64,000 nucleotides of DNA, from NCBI GenBank assembly GCA_947630845.1, contig CANRJB010000004.1, positions 40,776 to 104,775 of the forward strand, in the 5' to 3' direction. Below the pieces are notes generated by a model. It made no database searches and was not told where the DNA came from. It saw only the letters and a list, made by a program, of their open reading frames with translations. Every line of letters begins with the position of its first letter. The first letter of the stretch is position 1. Origin of the DNA: an uncultured Clostridia bacterium. GTDB lineage: Bacteria; Bacillota; Clostridia; Oscillospirales; Ruminococcaceae. This document shows positions 9,381-20,621 of the stretch, one piece after another. The translations under genes were made by a program, and so were the position numbers.

Positions 9381-12300
9381 ATGTATTTACGATCCTTGGA
9401 ATTACAGGGCTTCAAGTCCTTTCCGGATAAGATAAAACTACAGTTTGACAAGGGACTGACTGCTGTCGTCGGACCGAACGGCAGCGGCAAGAGCAACATC
9501 GGCGATTCCGTGCGATGGGTGCTGGGAGAGCAGTCCACCAAGACACTGCGTGGCAACAAGATGGAGGACATCATTTTTTCCGGCACAGTCGGCAGAAAGC
9601 AGATGGGCTTTGCAGCGGTGACGCTCGTCATTGACAACAGTGAGGGACGGCTTGTGGGTTACGGCGATGAGGTAAGCGTCACCCGTAAACTGTACCGCAG
9701 CGGCGAGAGTGAATACCGCATCAACGGCAAGTTAGTCCGCCTGAAGGACATCAACGAGCTGTTCATGGATACGGGACTCGGACGGGATGGTTATTCCATC
9801 ATCGGGCAGGGACGTATTGCAGAAATTGTGGGTGCAAAGTCGGGGGAACGCCGGGAAATATTTGAGGAAGCTGCCGGCATCTCCAAATTCCGCTACCGCA
9901 AGACGGAAGCAGAACGCAAGCTTGCACAGTCACAGGAAAATATGGATCGGCTGAATGACATCATCTCCGAACTGGAAGGGCGTGTCGAGCCGCTGCGCAT
10001 CCAGTCGGAGAAGGCACAGAAATTTCTGATACTGGCACAGGAACAGAAAACACTGGAAATTTCGATCTGGGTGGAGCAGCTTGCTGTTATCCAGACACGC
10101 TTGCAGGAGCTTGGCGAAAAACTCCTGCTGGCACGGACGGAATATGAGAACGCCGAACGGGACATTGAAGCAGAGGAAGCCAAAGTACAGGAATGCTACC
10201 GCCTGATGCAGAAATGTTCCGAAGAAGCTGAGGAGGCACATGCCGCTGTTCGCACGCTGCGTGAAACGCTTGCGCAGGCAAAGGCAGATGCGGCAGTCTG
10301 GAAGAATGACATCATCCATAATGAAGAGGCTTTGAAACTGGCGCAGTCCCGTCATGCGCAGGAGTTGCAGTCGCAGGCGGAGCTTATTGTCCATCTGGAA
10401 GATGCCGAAAAAAAAGCAGCCGCTGTTCTTGCTGCCTGTAAGGAGAGTGAACAGGCACTTGCCGAAGCAGAGCAGGCACTTGCCGAAGCAGAAGCAGCCT
10501 GTCAGGCAGAGGATGTAAGCTCCCGTGATGCGGATGAAAAGCTGCATCAGCTCTATCTGGAGCGCAATGAATTGCAGTTTGGCATCCGATCCGCAGAAGA
10601 GCGTACAAAACGCACAGGATCGGAGATCACTGCACTTGAACAGGAAATGACGGCGAATGCAGAAAAGCGCAAAGCTGCTGAACAGGCATATGCACAGGCA
10701 CTGAAAGACATGCAGCAGCTCCAGCAGCAGGTCACGGAGCAGGAACAGAAATTATCAGCCGTCCGCGGTGCGTTACAGACTGCACAAAAGGAAAAAGCAC
10801 AGGCAGAGGATGCCTTCCGGCAGTGCGGATTTCAGCTTCGTGACAAGAAACAGCGTCACCGCATCCTGACGGATCTGGAGAACAGCATGGAGGGCTTTTC
10901 CGGCAGTGTCAAGACGATCATGAAGCAAGTCCGTAATCATGAGCTATTCGGCATTTTCGGCACAGTGGCACAGCTTATTCAGGTGGACAGCCGCTATGGC
11001 GTAGCCATTGAGACTGCTCTCGGTGCAAGTGTACAGCACCTGATCGTGGAGGATGAAAATGCGGCGAAGGCAGGCATCCGGTTTCTCCGGGACAATCGTG
11101 CAGGACGTGCAACATTCCTGCCGTTGACCTCTGTCCATGGCAGACAGCTTGCAGAGAAGGGACTGGAACAGCAGCCGGGATTTGTGGCAATTGCAAGCGC
11201 ACTGGTTGAGTGTGAGGATGCCTACCGGCAGATCGCAGAAAATCTGCTTGGGCGCATCGTCATTGCGGAGAATATCGACTCTGGCACAGAAATTGCCAGA
11301 CGTTATGGTTACCGTTTCCGCATTGTGACAATGGACGGTCAGGTCATCAATGCCGGCGGTTCGTTTACAGGCGGTTCTGTCCAGAAAACAGGTGGCATGC
11401 TTACCCGGAAAACTGAGCTGAAGGAATTGCAGGATGCCATGCAGGTACTTGCCGTCCAATGCAAGGAGGCAGAGACTCAGGCACGCAATTGTGCCATTGC
11501 TGCATCCGAAAAGGAGCGGCAGCTTGAAAAAGAGAGCAAGACATTTTCTGTCCTTCAGCAAAAATTCATGCAGGCACAGAATGAAGCCGAGCGGCAGGCA
11601 TTTCCGGTTTCTCAGTACCGACAGCGTGCCAGAGAGCAAGAGCGGCAGATGGATGCCCTGAAAAAACAAACAGAAGATGCTGTCAAAGCCGAAGCAGATG
11701 TGAAGCATGCTCTTGCCGAAAAAGAGCAGGAGATCGCACAGGCAGAACAGGGCGTATCTGGCGCAAAGGACAGAAGCGCACAGCTCCGGGAAATACGGGA
11801 CAGATGCTTTCAGGCATGCAGTGATGCACGCATCCGCCTTGCGGAAACGCAAAAGGACAGAGAAGCGGCAGATACAGCATTGTCTGCGGCACAGCAGGCA
11901 GTGGAACAGGCAGATGCACGGGATGAGCAATACCGTGCGGAGCTTGACAATTACCGGAATACCATTGCAGAAAAGAAAGATGCTGTTGCCCGGCAGGAAA
12001 CAGTGCTGACTGAGACACAGGCGAAAATTGAGCAGGAGGAAGCCCGTGCAAAACAGGCATCCAAGCTGCACGATGACTACAGCATCCGTACCCGGGAATT
12101 GCAGTCTGGTCTGAATGAATACCATACAGCAAAGGAAAAACTGTCCGCAGAGGTGACACGTCTGACCGAACGGGAGAACGGTCTGACTGCCGAGCAGGAT
12201 GCGATCGTGGCACGTCTGCTGGAAGTGTACGAAATGACACGTTCCGAAGCACAGGCAGCCGCACAGCCGGTGGAGGATATGAATGCCGCAAAGAAACGGC

Positions 12301-12944
12301 TTTCTGAACTCAAGCAGAAGATACGGGCACTTGGGAGCGTCAATGTGGATGCCATTGAGGAATACCGTGAGGTTTCTGAGCGGTACAAATTCCTGTCCGG
12401 ACAGATGACGGATGTGCGCAGCTCCAAGCAGGAGCTGGAAAGGCTCATTGCAGAGCTGACGGAAGAAATGTGCCGCATCTTCACGGAGAGCTTCACCGTC
12501 ATCAACCAGAATTTCAAGAAAATATTCCGTGACCTGTTCGGCGGCGGCAAAGCAGAGCTGACCCTGACTGATCCGGAACATGTTTTGACATCGGGCATTG
12601 AGATCAATGTTGCCCCTCCGGGGAAGGTCATCAAGAACCTGATCTCCCTGTCCGGCGGAGAGCAGAGTTTTGTGGCGATTGCGATCTATTTTGCGATCCT
12701 GCGGTTAAGACCTGCGCCGTTTTGTATTCTTGACGAGATCGATGCGGCACTCGACGAAGCAAATGTCCGGAAATATGCACGCTACCTGAAACAGTTTACC
12801 GACAGCACGCAGTTTGTCCTTGTCACCCACCGCCGCAGTGCGATGGAGGAGGCAAATGTGCTGTATGGCGTGACTATGCAGGAGGATGGCATCTCCCGTT
12901 TGCTGAAACTTGAGCAGCCGGAAGACATTCCTGACGAAGAATAG
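9381..12944 (+). CDS. smc: chromosome segregation protein SMC
   Basis: 1187 aa. Walker A GPNGSGKSN, long coiled coils and hinge, LSGGEQ signature, Walker B ILDEIDAALD. Confidence 0.96.
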   Translation: MYLRSLELQGFKSFPDKIKLQFDKGLTAVVGPNGSGKSNIGDSVRWVLGEQSTKTLRGNKMEDIIFSGTVGRKQMGFAAVTLVIDNSEGRLVGYGDEVSVTRKLYRSGESEYRINGKLVRLKDINELFMDTGLGRDGYSIIGQGRIAEIVGAKSGERREIFEEAAGISKFRYRKTEAERKLAQSQENMDRLNDIISELEGRVEPLRIQSEKAQKFLILAQEQKTLEISIWVEQLAVIQTRLQELGEKLLLARTEYENAERDIEAEEAKVQECYRLMQKCSEEAEEAHAAVRTLRETLAQAKADAAVWKNDIIHNEEALKLAQSRHAQELQSQAELIVHLEDAEKKAAAVLAACKESEQALAEAEQALAEAEAACQAEDVSSRDADEKLHQLYLERNELQFGIRSAEERTKRTGSEITALEQEMTANAEKRKAAEQAYAQALKDMQQLQQQVTEQEQKLSAVRGALQTAQKEKAQAEDAFRQCGFQLRDKKQRHRILTDLENSMEGFSGSVKTIMKQVRNHELFGIFGTVAQLIQVDSRYGVAIETALGASVQHLIVEDENAAKAGIRFLRDNRAGRATFLPLTSVHGRQLAEKGLEQQPGFVAIASALVECEDAYRQIAENLLGRIVIAENIDSGTEIARRYGYRFRIVTMDGQVINAGGSFTGGSVQKTGGMLTRKTELKELQDAMQVLAVQCKEAETQARNCAIAASEKERQLEKESKTFSVLQQKFMQAQNEAERQAFPVSQYRQRAREQERQMDALKKQTEDAVKAEADVKHALAEKEQEIAQAEQGVSGAKDRSAQLREIRDRCFQACSDARIRLAETQKDREAADTALSAAQQAVEQADARDEQYRAELDNYRNTIAEKKDAVARQETVLTETQAKIEQEEARAKQASKLHDDYSIRTRELQSGLNEYHTAKEKLSAEVTRLTERENGLTAEQDAIVARLLEVYEMTRSEAQAAAQPVEDMNAAKKRLSELKQKIRALGSVNVDAIEEYREVSERYKFLSGQMTDVRSSKQELERLIAELTEEMCRIFTESFTVINQNFKKIFRDLFGGGKAELTLTDPEHVLTSGIEINVAPPGKVIKNLISLSGGEQSFVAIAIYFAILRLRPAPFCILDEIDAALDEANVRKYARYLKQFTDSTQFVLVTHRRSAMEEANVLYGVTMQEDGISRLLKLEQPEDIPDEE

Positions 12945-12954
12945 GAGGCTTACT

Positions 12955-14310
12955 ATGGGCGTATTCTCAAAGATCAAGGAGGGACTGCAAAAGACCCGTG
13001 ATGCGATGGTACACCGGATGCAGCTCATCATCAATTCTTTCACCAAGATTGACGAGGAACTGTTTGAACAATTGGAAGAAACCATGATCATGAGTGACAT
13101 GGGCGTGGATACGTCCGTGGAGATATGCAGCAGGCTGCGTGGACTTGTCAAGGAGCGTGGCGTGAAAGACCCGGCAAAGATCATGGATCTGATCGAAGAG
13201 ATCATCGGTGACATGATGGGCAGCGATACAGAGCTGGATCTCTCTACCAGACCGTCGGTCATCATGGTCATCGGCGTGAATGGCGCAGGCAAGACGACCA
13301 CCATCGGCAAGCTCTGCCATCAGTTCAAAGAGGAAGGCAGGAAGGTACTTGTAGCGGCAGCGGATACCTTCCGTGCGGCAGCCATCGAGCAGCTTGAAGT
13401 CTGGACACAGAGAGCCGGAGTGGACATTGTGAAGCACACAGAAGGTTCTGACCCTGCATCCGTTGTGTATGATGCCATATCAGCAGCCATTGCAAGAGAA
13501 TGTGATGTGGTCATCATCGACACAGCCGGACGGCTGCACAATAAGAAGAACCTCATGGATGAGCTTGCGAAGATCAACCGCATCCTGACACAGCGTGCAG
13601 AGGGTTGTGCCATTGAGACACTGCTTGTGCTGGATGCGACGACCGGACAGAATGCAGTCAATCAGGCGAAACTGTTCAGTGAGGTTGCCAACATCACGGG
13701 CATTGTCCTCACGAAACTGGATGGTACGGCAAAGGGCGGCATCGTGGTGTCCATTAAAAATGAACTGGGCATTCCGGTGAAGCTTGTGGGTGTCGGAGAA
13801 AAGATCGACGATTTGCAGACATTTGATAACGCAGATTTTGTGAGGGCACTTTTTGACCATTCGGAGGATGTTGTTCTTGCTATGCCGGAGGAACAGACGG
13901 AAGAGCTTCCGGACGAACAGCAGGAAGATTTGCCGGAGATACAGGAGGAATTGACAGACGAAACACCAGAAACGATTCCGGAAGAGCCTGTGACCGGAGA
14001 GCCCCCGGCAGGAGAAACTTCTGTATCCGAAGAAGCAGAGCAGCCGAAAAAGAAGTGGTGGCAGTTCGGCAAGAAGGAGGAAGTCAAAGAAGAAGCGGTT
14101 GAATCTGTTTTGCCGGAGGAGACGTTTGCTGAAGAGGTGACGGAGGAGGTTCCGGAAACAGTCACACCGGAGAAGATGCCGGAAGAAGATGCGCAGGAAG
14201 AAGTCACATCAGAAGAATCTGTGACAGAAGAAATATCCGAAGAAGCTGCACCGGAAGAACCACAGCCGGAGAAGAAAAAGAAGAAGTGGTGGCAGTTCGG
14301 AAAAAAATAA
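12955..14310 (+). CDS. ftsY: signal recognition particle receptor FtsY with an acidic C-terminal extension
   Basis: Start moved to ATG 12955 (GGAGG SD, after the smc stop at 12944). NG domain [25 protein letters not shown]. About 150-aa E/P/T-rich tail. Confidence 0.9.
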   Translation: MGVFSKIKEGLQKTRDAMVHRMQLIINSFTKIDEELFEQLEETMIMSDMGVDTSVEICSRLRGLVKERGVKDPAKIMDLIEEIIGDMMGSDTELDLSTRPSVIMVIGVNGAGKTTTIGKLCHQFKEEGRKVLVAAADTFRAAAIEQLEVWTQRAGVDIVKHTEGSDPASVVYDAISAAIARECDVVIIDTAGRLHNKKNLMDELAKINRILTQRAEGCAIETLLVLDATTGQNAVNQAKLFSEVANITGIVLTKLDGTAKGGIVVSIKNELGIPVKLVGVGEKIDDLQTFDNADFVRALFDHSEDVVLAMPEEQTEELPDEQQEDLPEIQEELTDETPETIPEEPVTGEPPAGETSVSEEAEQPKKKWWQFGKKEEVKEEAVESVLPEETFAEEVTEEVPETVTPEKMPEEDAQEEVTSEESVTEEISEEAAPEEPQPEKKKKKWWQFGKK

Positions 14311-14323
14311 GGAGGTTCGATGG

Positions 14324-14908
14324 ATGAAAGCAGTTATGGCGACCAATAATGTAAATAAGCTGCATGAGGCGCAGGAAATCTTAGCACCGCTTGGCATCGA
14401 GGTCATCTCCCAGAGGGAAGCAGGTGCAGATATTGAGCCGGAGGAGAACGGAGCGACTTTTGCTGAAAATGCAATGATCAAGGCAAGGGCAGTGTATGAC
14501 ATCGTGCATTGTCCGGTCTTTGCGGATGACAGTGGACTATGTGTGGCGGCACTGGACGGCAGACCGGGTGTGCATTCGGCACGGTATGCACCGAAAGGGC
14601 AGGAATGTGAAAAGCTCCTTGCGGAGATGGAAGGCGTGGAAGACCGTCGGGCATATTTTGAATGTGACATAGCCTATATTGATGAAAAGGGAAGCGGAAC
14701 TTTTTCGGCAGCATGTATCGGTTCGATCGGAACGCAGGCACGAGGAGAGAACGGATTTGGCTATGACCCTGTGTTCTGTTACGGGGACAGAACGTTTGCA
14801 GAGATGGGTGAGGAGGAAAAGAATGCCGTCAGCCACAGGGGGATCGCACTCCGGAAACTGTATGAAGTCTATCAGGAAAGGTATGGTGAGCAGGATGCTG
14901 AACAGTAA
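14324..14908 (+). CDS. rdgB: XTP/dITP diphosphatase (RdgB/HAM1 family)
   Basis: 194 aa, [15 protein letters not shown]..., [11 protein letters not shown] motif. Confidence 0.85.
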   Translation: MKAVMATNNVNKLHEAQEILAPLGIEVISQREAGADIEPEENGATFAENAMIKARAVYDIVHCPVFADDSGLCVAALDGRPGVHSARYAPKGQECEKLLAEMEGVEDRRAYFECDIAYIDEKGSGTFSAACIGSIGTQARGENGFGYDPVFCYGDRTFAEMGEEEKNAVSHRGIALRKLYEVYQERYGEQDAEQ

Positions 14909-15194
14909 GCAGAGGGCATACCTCAGAGGGATCGCAGCAGGCTATGAGACAATTTTCCAGATTGGCAAGAGCGGCATCGGGGATAATCTCGTGATCCAGG
15001 TCAATGATGCTTTGAAAAAGCGTGAGCTTATCAAGCTGCGGGTGCTGGACAATGCCATGCTGACGGCAAGAGAGGCAGCCGCTCAGCTTGCGGAGCTGAC
15101 AAAGTCGGATGTGGTGCAAGTCATCGGGAGCAGATTCGTGCTGTTCCGGCGCAATCCGCAGGATCCGGTGATCGACCTGAAAGCAGCAAAATGA
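14895..15194 (+). CDS. yhbY: ribosome assembly RNA-binding protein YhbY
   Basis: About 99 aa from an internal ATG of ORF 14679..15194. CRS1/YhbY pattern [11 protein letters not shown]...IFQIGKSGI. The exact start (14883 or 14895) is uncertain. Confidence 0.75.
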   Translation: MLNSKQRAYLRGIAAGYETIFQIGKSGIGDNLVIQVNDALKKRELIKLRVLDNAMLTAREAAAQLAELTKSDVVQVIGSRFVLFRRNPQDPVIDLKAAK

Positions 15195-15808
15195 GAACCG
15201 GTATCTTTGGGGGCAGCTTCAATCCGCCCCACCTCGGACATCTGCATCTGGCGGAGAGTGTGCATGATGCCTTGGGGCTGGATGAGGTCTGGCTTGTGCC
15301 GTCAGGAATTTCACCCCATCGTTCCATGACGGCGTATGCATCCGCAGAGGACAGACTGGCGATGTGTCGGCTGATGGCAGAGGAGCATGACTGGATGCGT
15401 GCGGAAGACTATGAGCTGCGGCAGGACGGCATCAGCTATACATGGAAGACTTTGGTACACTTTTCGGAGACTTTCCCGGAGAATGAGCTGTTTCTGTTGG
15501 TAGGCGGAGATATGCTGTCGAGTTTCACCCAATGGAACCAGTGGCAGGAGATCTTACGCCGGGCAGCACTTGCGGCAGTGGCAAGAGAGCCGGGGGAATA
15601 TGAACAGCTTGTCCCTCATGCGGAGGAATTGCGTCAATATGGTGAGGTTTATCTTCTGAATGTGGAAAGTTTTGCAATATCTTCCACAAAAATCAGGGAG
15701 AGAATGCAAAAATCTCAGGATTGTTCTTGCTATTTGCCGAAAAAGATAGTACAATATATACAAACGAGAAATTTATATGCAGGATGTGATGTGGAGTGTA
15801 TCAGGTAA
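15191..15808 (+). CDS. nadD: nicotinate-nucleotide adenylyltransferase
   Basis: GIFGGSFNPPHLGHL motif. ATGA overlap with yhbY. Confidence 0.9.
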   Translation: MRTGIFGGSFNPPHLGHLHLAESVHDALGLDEVWLVPSGISPHRSMTAYASAEDRLAMCRLMAEEHDWMRAEDYELRQDGISYTWKTLVHFSETFPENELFLLVGGDMLSSFTQWNQWQEILRRAALAAVAREPGEYEQLVPHAEELRQYGEVYLLNVESFAISSTKIRERMQKSQDCSCYLPKKIVQYIQTRNLYAGCDVECIR

Positions 15809-16419
15809 AGGATAAGATCGCTTTTCTGGAACAGCGGTTGTCAAGAAAGCGGTTCCAGCATTCCTGTAATGTAGCAAGGGCAGCAAAGCAGCTTGCACAG
15901 CGATATGGTGCAGATCTGGATAAGGCATATTTCGCCGGTCTGATGCATGACATCTGCAAGGAAGCACCTTTCGAGGAACAGCAGCGGCTGATGCTTGCCG
16001 GAGACTTTGCACCGGATGCGGCAGAGCTGCATTCCAGAAAGCTGTGGCACGGCATCGCCGGGGCATACTTCCTACAGACAGAATTTGGCATTGATGATGA
16101 GGAGATCCTGCTTGCAGTCCGGTTTCATACCGTCGGCAGGGCAGATATGTCTTTGCTTGAAGAAATCATCTACATGGCAGATATGATCTCCGATGAGAGG
16201 GATTACAAGGGCGTCGGCAAGATGCGTAAGCTTGCCCATGAAAACCTACAGGCGGCAATGTTCGAGGCACTCCGGGAGGCAGCGTCCTCTGTCTTAAAAA
16301 AAGGAGGACTGCTGCCGGAGTATACCATCGCAGCGTATAACAGCTATCTTCTTAAAACATCAGAACCCAAGCAAAGTAAGACCACAGGTACAAAGAAAGG
16401 GAGTATGGTGAATGGCTAA
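15796..16419 (+). CDS. yqeK: bis(5'-nucleosyl)-tetraphosphatase (symmetrical) YqeK, HD domain
   Basis: HD-domain residues (H..HD...H). Conserved nadD-yqeK order. Confidence 0.85.
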   Translation: MYQVKDKIAFLEQRLSRKRFQHSCNVARAAKQLAQRYGADLDKAYFAGLMHDICKEAPFEEQQRLMLAGDFAPDAAELHSRKLWHGIAGAYFLQTEFGIDDEEILLAVRFHTVGRADMSLLEEIIYMADMISDERDYKGVGKMRKLAHENLQAAMFEALREAASSVLKKGGLLPEYTIAAYNSYLLKTSEPKQSKTTGTKKGSMVNG

Positions 16420-17632
16420 GAGAGTCTCTCGCAGAGAAACGGTATTGAACCTTTTCATCAAAGCAGCCGTCATCATGGTGACACTGATGCTGATGGCACT
16501 CCTGATCTGTAATGCGCCGATCATCTCGTATCAGGCATCGGATCATACCGTGACGCAGATGTCTGTCCTCAACTACGTCAAGTCCAGAAAACCTGTACAG
16601 TATATCGAAGGGGCGATCAGCAGACAGGATCCCGGAGAGGTGGAGTACAAGGAGGATGACGATCCGTCCTTCAATGACGGTCTTGACCTTGCCCAGACCA
16701 TTGAAGGGCAGTTTACCGTGCTGTTTTTAGGCTTTGATTCGCCGACAAACGGCAGCGGCAATCTGCATGATGTCAATTACCTGATGCAGTTTAATCTGCA
16801 TACGGCAAGCCTGAACATCCTACAGATCCCGAGAGATACCTTTATGCCCGACTATGCGCAGTATGCGGCTGCGCCGACCTATAAATTCAACAGCATCTAT
16901 ACCTGCGGTGACCCGGACAAGAGCGGCATCCAGCGTGTGGTGGATGCGGTGCAGGAGAGCTTCGGCGTACCAGTGGATGCTTATCTGACGACGACCTGTG
17001 ACAATGTGGCAAAAATCGTTGACATTGTCGGCGGAGTACCGATCAACATGCCCTATACGGTGGTGTTTGAAGCAGACAAGATCATCTATGAGGGCGAACA
17101 GACACTGAATGGTGAACAGTCTGAATGGCTGTTGCGTTTCCGGCATGGCTATGAGCTTGCGGACATCGGACGTGTACAGGCACAGCGGCTGTTCCTTGCC
17201 GCAGCGATGAAGAAGGCGATCGACATGGGGACGTTCGAGGTCATGAATGCCACCAACAAAGTCTATGAGGAAGAGCTGATCGGTACAGATATGAGCCTTG
17301 CGGATGTGAGTCGTCTGGCAGATCTGGCAGGGACGATCAGCATGGAGAATGTGAACGTATTCATGCTGCCGGGCGAATCGGCAAAGGTCGGGAAGCAGGA
17401 CATCTGGTCTGTGCATAAGCAGGCAGCACTCGACATTGTCAACGAGCATTTCCGTACCCGTCAGAAACCGCTCCGTATTGACCAGAGTACGCTTGTGGAG
17501 CTGATACCGGAGAGCGAATACAGGAATACGCAGTTCGATGATACCGCTGCCACACTGAAAGATGTGGACGAGGGCAAGACGGATACACCGAAGCTGACAC
17601 AAAAATATAAAGATCAATATGGTGATCGATAA
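16412..17632 (+). CDS. LCP (LytR-CpsA-Psr) family protein
   Basis: N-terminal TM helix followed by an LCP core (FLGFDS...LQIPRDT...). Confidence 0.8.
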   Translation: MAKRVSRRETVLNLFIKAAVIMVTLMLMALLICNAPIISYQASDHTVTQMSVLNYVKSRKPVQYIEGAISRQDPGEVEYKEDDDPSFNDGLDLAQTIEGQFTVLFLGFDSPTNGSGNLHDVNYLMQFNLHTASLNILQIPRDTFMPDYAQYAAAPTYKFNSIYTCGDPDKSGIQRVVDAVQESFGVPVDAYLTTTCDNVAKIVDIVGGVPINMPYTVVFEADKIIYEGEQTLNGEQSEWLLRFRHGYELADIGRVQAQRLFLAAAMKKAIDMGTFEVMNATNKVYEEELIGTDMSLADVSRLADLAGTISMENVNVFMLPGESAKVGKQDIWSVHKQAALDIVNEHFRTRQKPLRIDQSTLVELIPESEYRNTQFDDTAATLKDVDEGKTDTPKLTQKYKDQYGDR

Positions 17633-17643
17633 GGAGTGATGTT

Positions 17644-18003
17644 ATGACTGCGGAAGAGAAAATTGAGGTTATCGTCAAGGCACTGGATGCCAAGCGTGCG
17701 GAGGATATCCGGGTGCTGAAGGTGACAGACCTGACGATACTGGGCGATTACTTTATCATTGCCAACGGCAACAGCTCGACCCATACCAGAACACTTGCAG
17801 AGGAAGCGGAATTTCAGATGTCCCAGAGGGGGATCGAACCACATCACCGTGAGGGGATGAACGGGTCAAACTGGTACATTCTGGATTATACAGATGTTAT
17901 CGTGCATGTGTTCTATCAGGAGACGAGGGAGTTTTACCGTCTGGAGCAGCTCTGGGCAGATGCCGAGCCTGTGGACATTGCACAGTATCTGGATGAAAAG
18001 TAA
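17644..18003 (+). CDS. rsfS: ribosome silencing factor RsfS
   Basis: 119 aa, iojap pattern DYFIIANGNSSTHTRTLA...WYILDYTDVIVHVF. Confidence 0.9.
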   Translation: MTAEEKIEVIVKALDAKRAEDIRVLKVTDLTILGDYFIIANGNSSTHTRTLAEEAEFQMSQRGIEPHHREGMNGSNWYILDYTDVIVHVFYQETREFYRLEQLWADAEPVDIAQYLDEK

Positions 18004-18017
18004 AGGAGTGAAGACCA

Positions 18018-20426
18018 ATGAGCAGATATGATTATGAACGCATTGAAAAGAAATGGCAGAATCTTTGGGAGGAACACAAGACCTTCCGTGCAGGAACAGA
18101 TTATTCCAAGCCCAAATTCTATGCGTTGGTAGAATTCCCGTACCCGTCCGGACAGGGCTTGCACATCGGTCATCCAAGACCATATACGGCAATGGATATC
18201 GTCGCAAGAAAACGCCGTCTGGAGGGCTACAATGTACTGTTCCCTATGGGGTGGGATGCTTTCGGACTGCCGACAGAGAATTATGCTATCAAGAACAAGA
18301 TCCATCCGGCGATCGTTACCGAACGCAATGTTGCCCACTTCAAGGAGCAGCTCAGGTCGATAGGACTGTCTTTTGACTGGGACAGGGAGGTCAACACCAC
18401 AGACCCCGATTATTTCAAATGGACGCAGTGGATTTTTTTGCAGCTCTTCAAAAAAGGACTTGCCTACAAGAAGGAAATGGCAGTCAACTGGTGTACATCC
18501 TGCAAGGTCGTGCTTGCCAATGAAGAAGTTGTCGGTGGCTGCTGCGAACGCTGCGGCGGCGAAGTCATCCGGAAGGTCAAGAGCCAGTGGATGCTGAAAA
18601 TTACGGAATATGCACAGCGTCTGATCGATGATCTGGCAGAGGTCAACTACCTTGACAGGATCAGGACGACACAGATCAACTGGATCGGACGTTCCGAGGG
18701 CGCAGAAGTGGACTTTGCCACGACCGCAGGCGATACCCTCACAGTTTATACGACCCGCCCGGATACATTGTTTGGTGCGACTTATATGGTCATTGCGCCG
18801 GAGCATCCTATGATCGAAAAATGGGCTGACAAGCTGACCAATATGGATGAAATACGGGCATATCAGGAGCTTGCGGCAAAGAAGTCTGACTTCGACCGCA
18901 CCGAGATGAATAAGGACAAGACCGGTGTCAGGCTTGCAGGTGTGCGTGCGGTCAATCCGGTGAATGGCAGGGAGATCCCCATCTTTATTTCCGACTATGT
19001 CCTCATGAGCTACGGCACGGGTGCGATCATGGCAGTACCGGCGCATGATGAGCGTGACTGGGAATTTGCGAAAGTATTCGGTATCGAGATGGTCGAGGTT
19101 GTTGCCGGCGGCAATATCGAGGAGGCAGCCTTTACGGACTGCGCAACCGGCGTGATGGTCAATTCCGGTTTTCTGACAGGACTTTCCGTAGAGGATGCTA
19201 AGGTGAAGATCAAGGACTGGCTTGAGGAGACAGGCAAGGGACACCGCAAGGTCAATTACAAACTGCGTGACTGGGTGTTCAGCCGTCAGAGATACTGGGG
19301 CGAACCCATTCCGCTGGTGAATTGTGAGAAGTGCGGATGGGTGGCGATCCCTGAGGAAGAGCTGCCGCTGAAACTGCCGGAAGTTGACAGCTACATGCCG
19401 ACCGACAATGGCGAATCATCGCTTTCCACACTGGATAGCTTCATCAACACGACATGTCCCTGCTGCGGCGGTCCGGCAAAGCGTGAGACTGACACCATGC
19501 CCCAGTGGGCAGGGTCGTCGTGGTACTTCCTGCGCTACTGTGACCCTCACAATGACAAGGAACTGGCATCGAAGGAAGCACTGGAATACTGGATGCCGGT
19601 CGATTGGTACAATGGTGGTATGGAGCATACCACACTGCATCTGCTGTATTCCCGTTTCTGGAACAAATTCCTCTATGATATCGGAGCTGTCTGCCATAAA
19701 GAGCCATACATGAAGCGCACATCCCACGGCATGATACTGGGCGAAGACGGGCAGAAAATGTCAAAATCCCGTGGAAATGTCATCAACCCTGACGATGTCA
19801 TCCGGAAGTATGGCGCAGATACGCTGCGGCTGTATGAGATGTTCATAGGTGACTTTGAAAAGACCGCACCGTGGAGTACTTCCAGTATCCGTGGCTGTAA
19901 GCGTTTTCTTGACAGGATATGGGGCTTGCAGGACATCCTGACAGATGGTGACAGCTACCGTCCGGAACTTACCTCTATTTTCCACAAGACTATCAAAAAA
20001 GTGACAGAGGATATTGAATCCCTGAAATTCAACACTGCCATTGCCGCCATGATGGCACTTGTCAATGACATCTACAGCACCGGCAGCATCAACCGTGCAG
20101 AGTACCGGACACTGCTCATCCTGCTCAACCCGTTCGCACCGCATATCACCGAGGAACTATATGAGATCTGCGGCTATGAAGGCATGCTCAACGAACAGGT
20201 ATGGGTGAAGTATGACGAAACGCTTTGTAAGGACGAAACTGTTGAGATCGTCGTACAGGTCAACGGCAAGCTTCGTACCAGAATGCAGATCCCGGTCGAT
20301 GCCCCCAAGGAGGAAGTGCTTGCACAGGCGGCTGCTGAACCGAGAGTCGCAGAAGTGACTGTCGGAAAACAGATGCTGAAACAGATTTATGTACAAAATA
20401 AACTGGTGAATTTTGTAGTAAAATAA
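18018..20426 (+). CDS. leuS: leucine--tRNA ligase
   Basis: 802 aa, HIGH (LHIGHPRPY) and KMSKS motifs. Confidence 0.97.
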   Translation: MSRYDYERIEKKWQNLWEEHKTFRAGTDYSKPKFYALVEFPYPSGQGLHIGHPRPYTAMDIVARKRRLEGYNVLFPMGWDAFGLPTENYAIKNKIHPAIVTERNVAHFKEQLRSIGLSFDWDREVNTTDPDYFKWTQWIFLQLFKKGLAYKKEMAVNWCTSCKVVLANEEVVGGCCERCGGEVIRKVKSQWMLKITEYAQRLIDDLAEVNYLDRIRTTQINWIGRSEGAEVDFATTAGDTLTVYTTRPDTLFGATYMVIAPEHPMIEKWADKLTNMDEIRAYQELAAKKSDFDRTEMNKDKTGVRLAGVRAVNPVNGREIPIFISDYVLMSYGTGAIMAVPAHDERDWEFAKVFGIEMVEVVAGGNIEEAAFTDCATGVMVNSGFLTGLSVEDAKVKIKDWLEETGKGHRKVNYKLRDWVFSRQRYWGEPIPLVNCEKCGWVAIPEEELPLKLPEVDSYMPTDNGESSLSTLDSFINTTCPCCGGPAKRETDTMPQWAGSSWYFLRYCDPHNDKELASKEALEYWMPVDWYNGGMEHTTLHLLYSRFWNKFLYDIGAVCHKEPYMKRTSHGMILGEDGQKMSKSRGNVINPDDVIRKYGADTLRLYEMFIGDFEKTAPWSTSSIRGCKRFLDRIWGLQDILTDGDSYRPELTSIFHKTIKKVTEDIESLKFNTAIAAMMALVNDIYSTGSINRAEYRTLLILLNPFAPHITEELYEICGYEGMLNEQVWVKYDETLCKDETVEIVVQVNGKLRTRMQIPVDAPKEEVLAQAAAEPRVAEVTVGKQMLKQIYVQNKLVNFVVK

Positions 20427-20455
20427 CAAAAATGTGATTTGCATGCAGAATACTA

Positions 20456-20484
20456 TTGACAAACCATGCCTGTAATGTTATAAT
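20456..20484 (+). promoter_or_regulatory. sigma-70-type promoter for rpsU
   Basis: TTGACA (20456-61), 17-nt spacer, TATAAT (20479-84). Confidence 0.6.
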
Positions 20485-20621
20485 GAATTTATACCTGCAA
20501 TAATATGCTTGCAGCAGAATAGATAGCTATCTTCCCATTTCGGGAGGTGGTATACTACCCGGACAGATTGTGTGCTGATCGGGGTAGAACCTCTGTCTTT
20601 GCGGCAAAGGGAGGGAATAAA

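Noticed and set aside
18004-18017. Expected T-box leader upstream of leuS.
   Set aside because: Only 14 nt separate rsfS from leuS, so leuS is simply co-transcribed with the yqeK-LCP-rsfS genes.
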